DNA from: Oikopleura dioica
Lineage: Eukaryota; Animalia; Chordata
Direction: 5' to 3'
DNA length: 64,000 nt
Assembly: GCA_907165135.1 (NCBI GenBank)
Contig: OU015569.1
Coordinates: 7,688,001-7,752,000 of the forward strand
The translations under genes and the position numbers were made by a program. The notes beneath the pieces are model-generated. The model made no database searches, was not told the DNA's origin, and was given only the letters and a program-made list of their open reading frames with translations. Each line of letters starts with the position of its first letter. Within the stretch, counting starts at the first letter, position 1. This document shows, piece after piece, positions 63,298-64,000 of this stretch.

Positions 63298-63777
63298 TTA
63301 CTGAAATTTGGTTTTAATCAAATAAATAATAAACAGTAGGACAACAATTCTGCCGACTCGATTCACATTCTGCTCCATTATATGGACCCTGTCTCGGTAC
63401 TTTTCTTCGGAAAGGATGTCTTCTGCTTTTGTCCCTTTTTTCGTTTCTTTTTTGACGTACTCTTCGTATTTCTTCGAGATAAGATCATTGCCCGCTTCTT
63501 GTTTGATTTTCGCCTTTTCAGCCTGCCGAGTGTAGAATTCCTTCAGTACATTTTCCGACTCGCTGTCCGATTTAACTTTCGTTGCCTCAAACGCTTCGAC
63601 AGTCTTTTGGAAGTCCTCGTGGTTTCCACCTCGATCAGGATGTTGCTCTTTTGCGAGAACTAGAAAGGCTGCACGAATCTCTTCTGCATTTGCTTGCTCA
63701 CTCACTTTCAATATTCGAAAAGCATCTTTTCTACCGATCGACGAAAAGCGATGAGAAGCTCGGATCAAGCGATTCAT
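63298..63777 (-). CDS. Mitochondrial-type J-domain (DnaJ class C) protein with C-terminal TM helix
   Basis: Presequence-like MNRLIRASHRFSS, AFRILKVSEQANAEEIRAAFLVLAKEQHPDRGG (HPD motif), C-terminal IVVLLFIIYLI. Confidence 0.88.
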   Translation of the reverse strand: MNRLIRASHRFSSIGRKDAFRILKVSEQANAEEIRAAFLVLAKEQHPDRGGNHEDFQKTVEAFEATKVKSDSESENVLKEFYTRQAEKAKIKQEAGNDLISKKYEEYVKKETKKGTKAEDILSEEKYRDRVHIMEQNVNRVGRIVVLLFIIYLIKTKFQ

Positions 63778-64000
63778 AATAATCTTAAGCAAAAAATGGG
63801 ATAAACAGGATATTTTCAATTTTTAGCGAGAAATTCATAGTAGAACATGGTATAAGTGAAGGTATTCATGTTTGAAGAAAATAGTACACTCTGTGCGACA
63901 AATGCAATGAACATTAGTGTTAGATAAATTTATTAAATATATTTTAAATAAAGTATGTTAATGAGAAAAAATAAATCGAAAGCTTGACGCTCTTAGGCAT

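Noticed and set aside
1-64000. tRNA, rRNA, SL RNA or snRNA genes, CRISPR arrays and prokaryote-style systems; many short ORFs in the supplied track
   Set aside because: No tRNA box motifs, regularly spaced repeat-spacer arrays or rRNA-like sequence seen; most extra ORFs are antisense or alternate-frame shadows of the spliced genes.

Overview
Compact eukaryotic (animal) genomic DNA, not prokaryotic: about 30 multi-exon genes with mostly ~40-50 nt introns, several GA-AG and GC-AG introns, very short intergenic gaps and splice-acceptor-like AG sites directly before many start codons. This architecture strongly suggests the larvacean tunicate Oikopleura (inference, no database check). Recognisable genes: POP1, an integrin beta, an O-fucosyltransferase-family protein, a CRAL-TRIO/BCH protein, ACSF2, a secreted TSP1x4+CAP protein, ERGIC1, B3GNTL1/QTGAL, SREBP, an RS-rich protein, a four-qRRM hnRNP F/H-like protein, a divergent ERM/merlin, RABAC1, SNRPC, TAPT1, IMP3, CSTF2, a multi-dsRBD protein, NDUFAB1, UTP25, an ankyrin protein and a J-domain protein. 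Eleven co-oriented genes (37-58 kb) look like an RNA-processing-rich operon. An 838-bp TTAA-flanked MITE interrupts an otherwise open reading frame. Most notable: the ~1000-aa protein with 7-8 dsRBD-like modules and no catalytic domain, the integrin lacking ADMIDAS and the distal NxxY, and the SREBP with degenerate processing motifs. Three conserved genes carry small frameshifts, at least partly suggesting assembly error. Gene models were built by hand and exon boundaries are approximate. No tRNA, rRNA or CRISPR array was seen.
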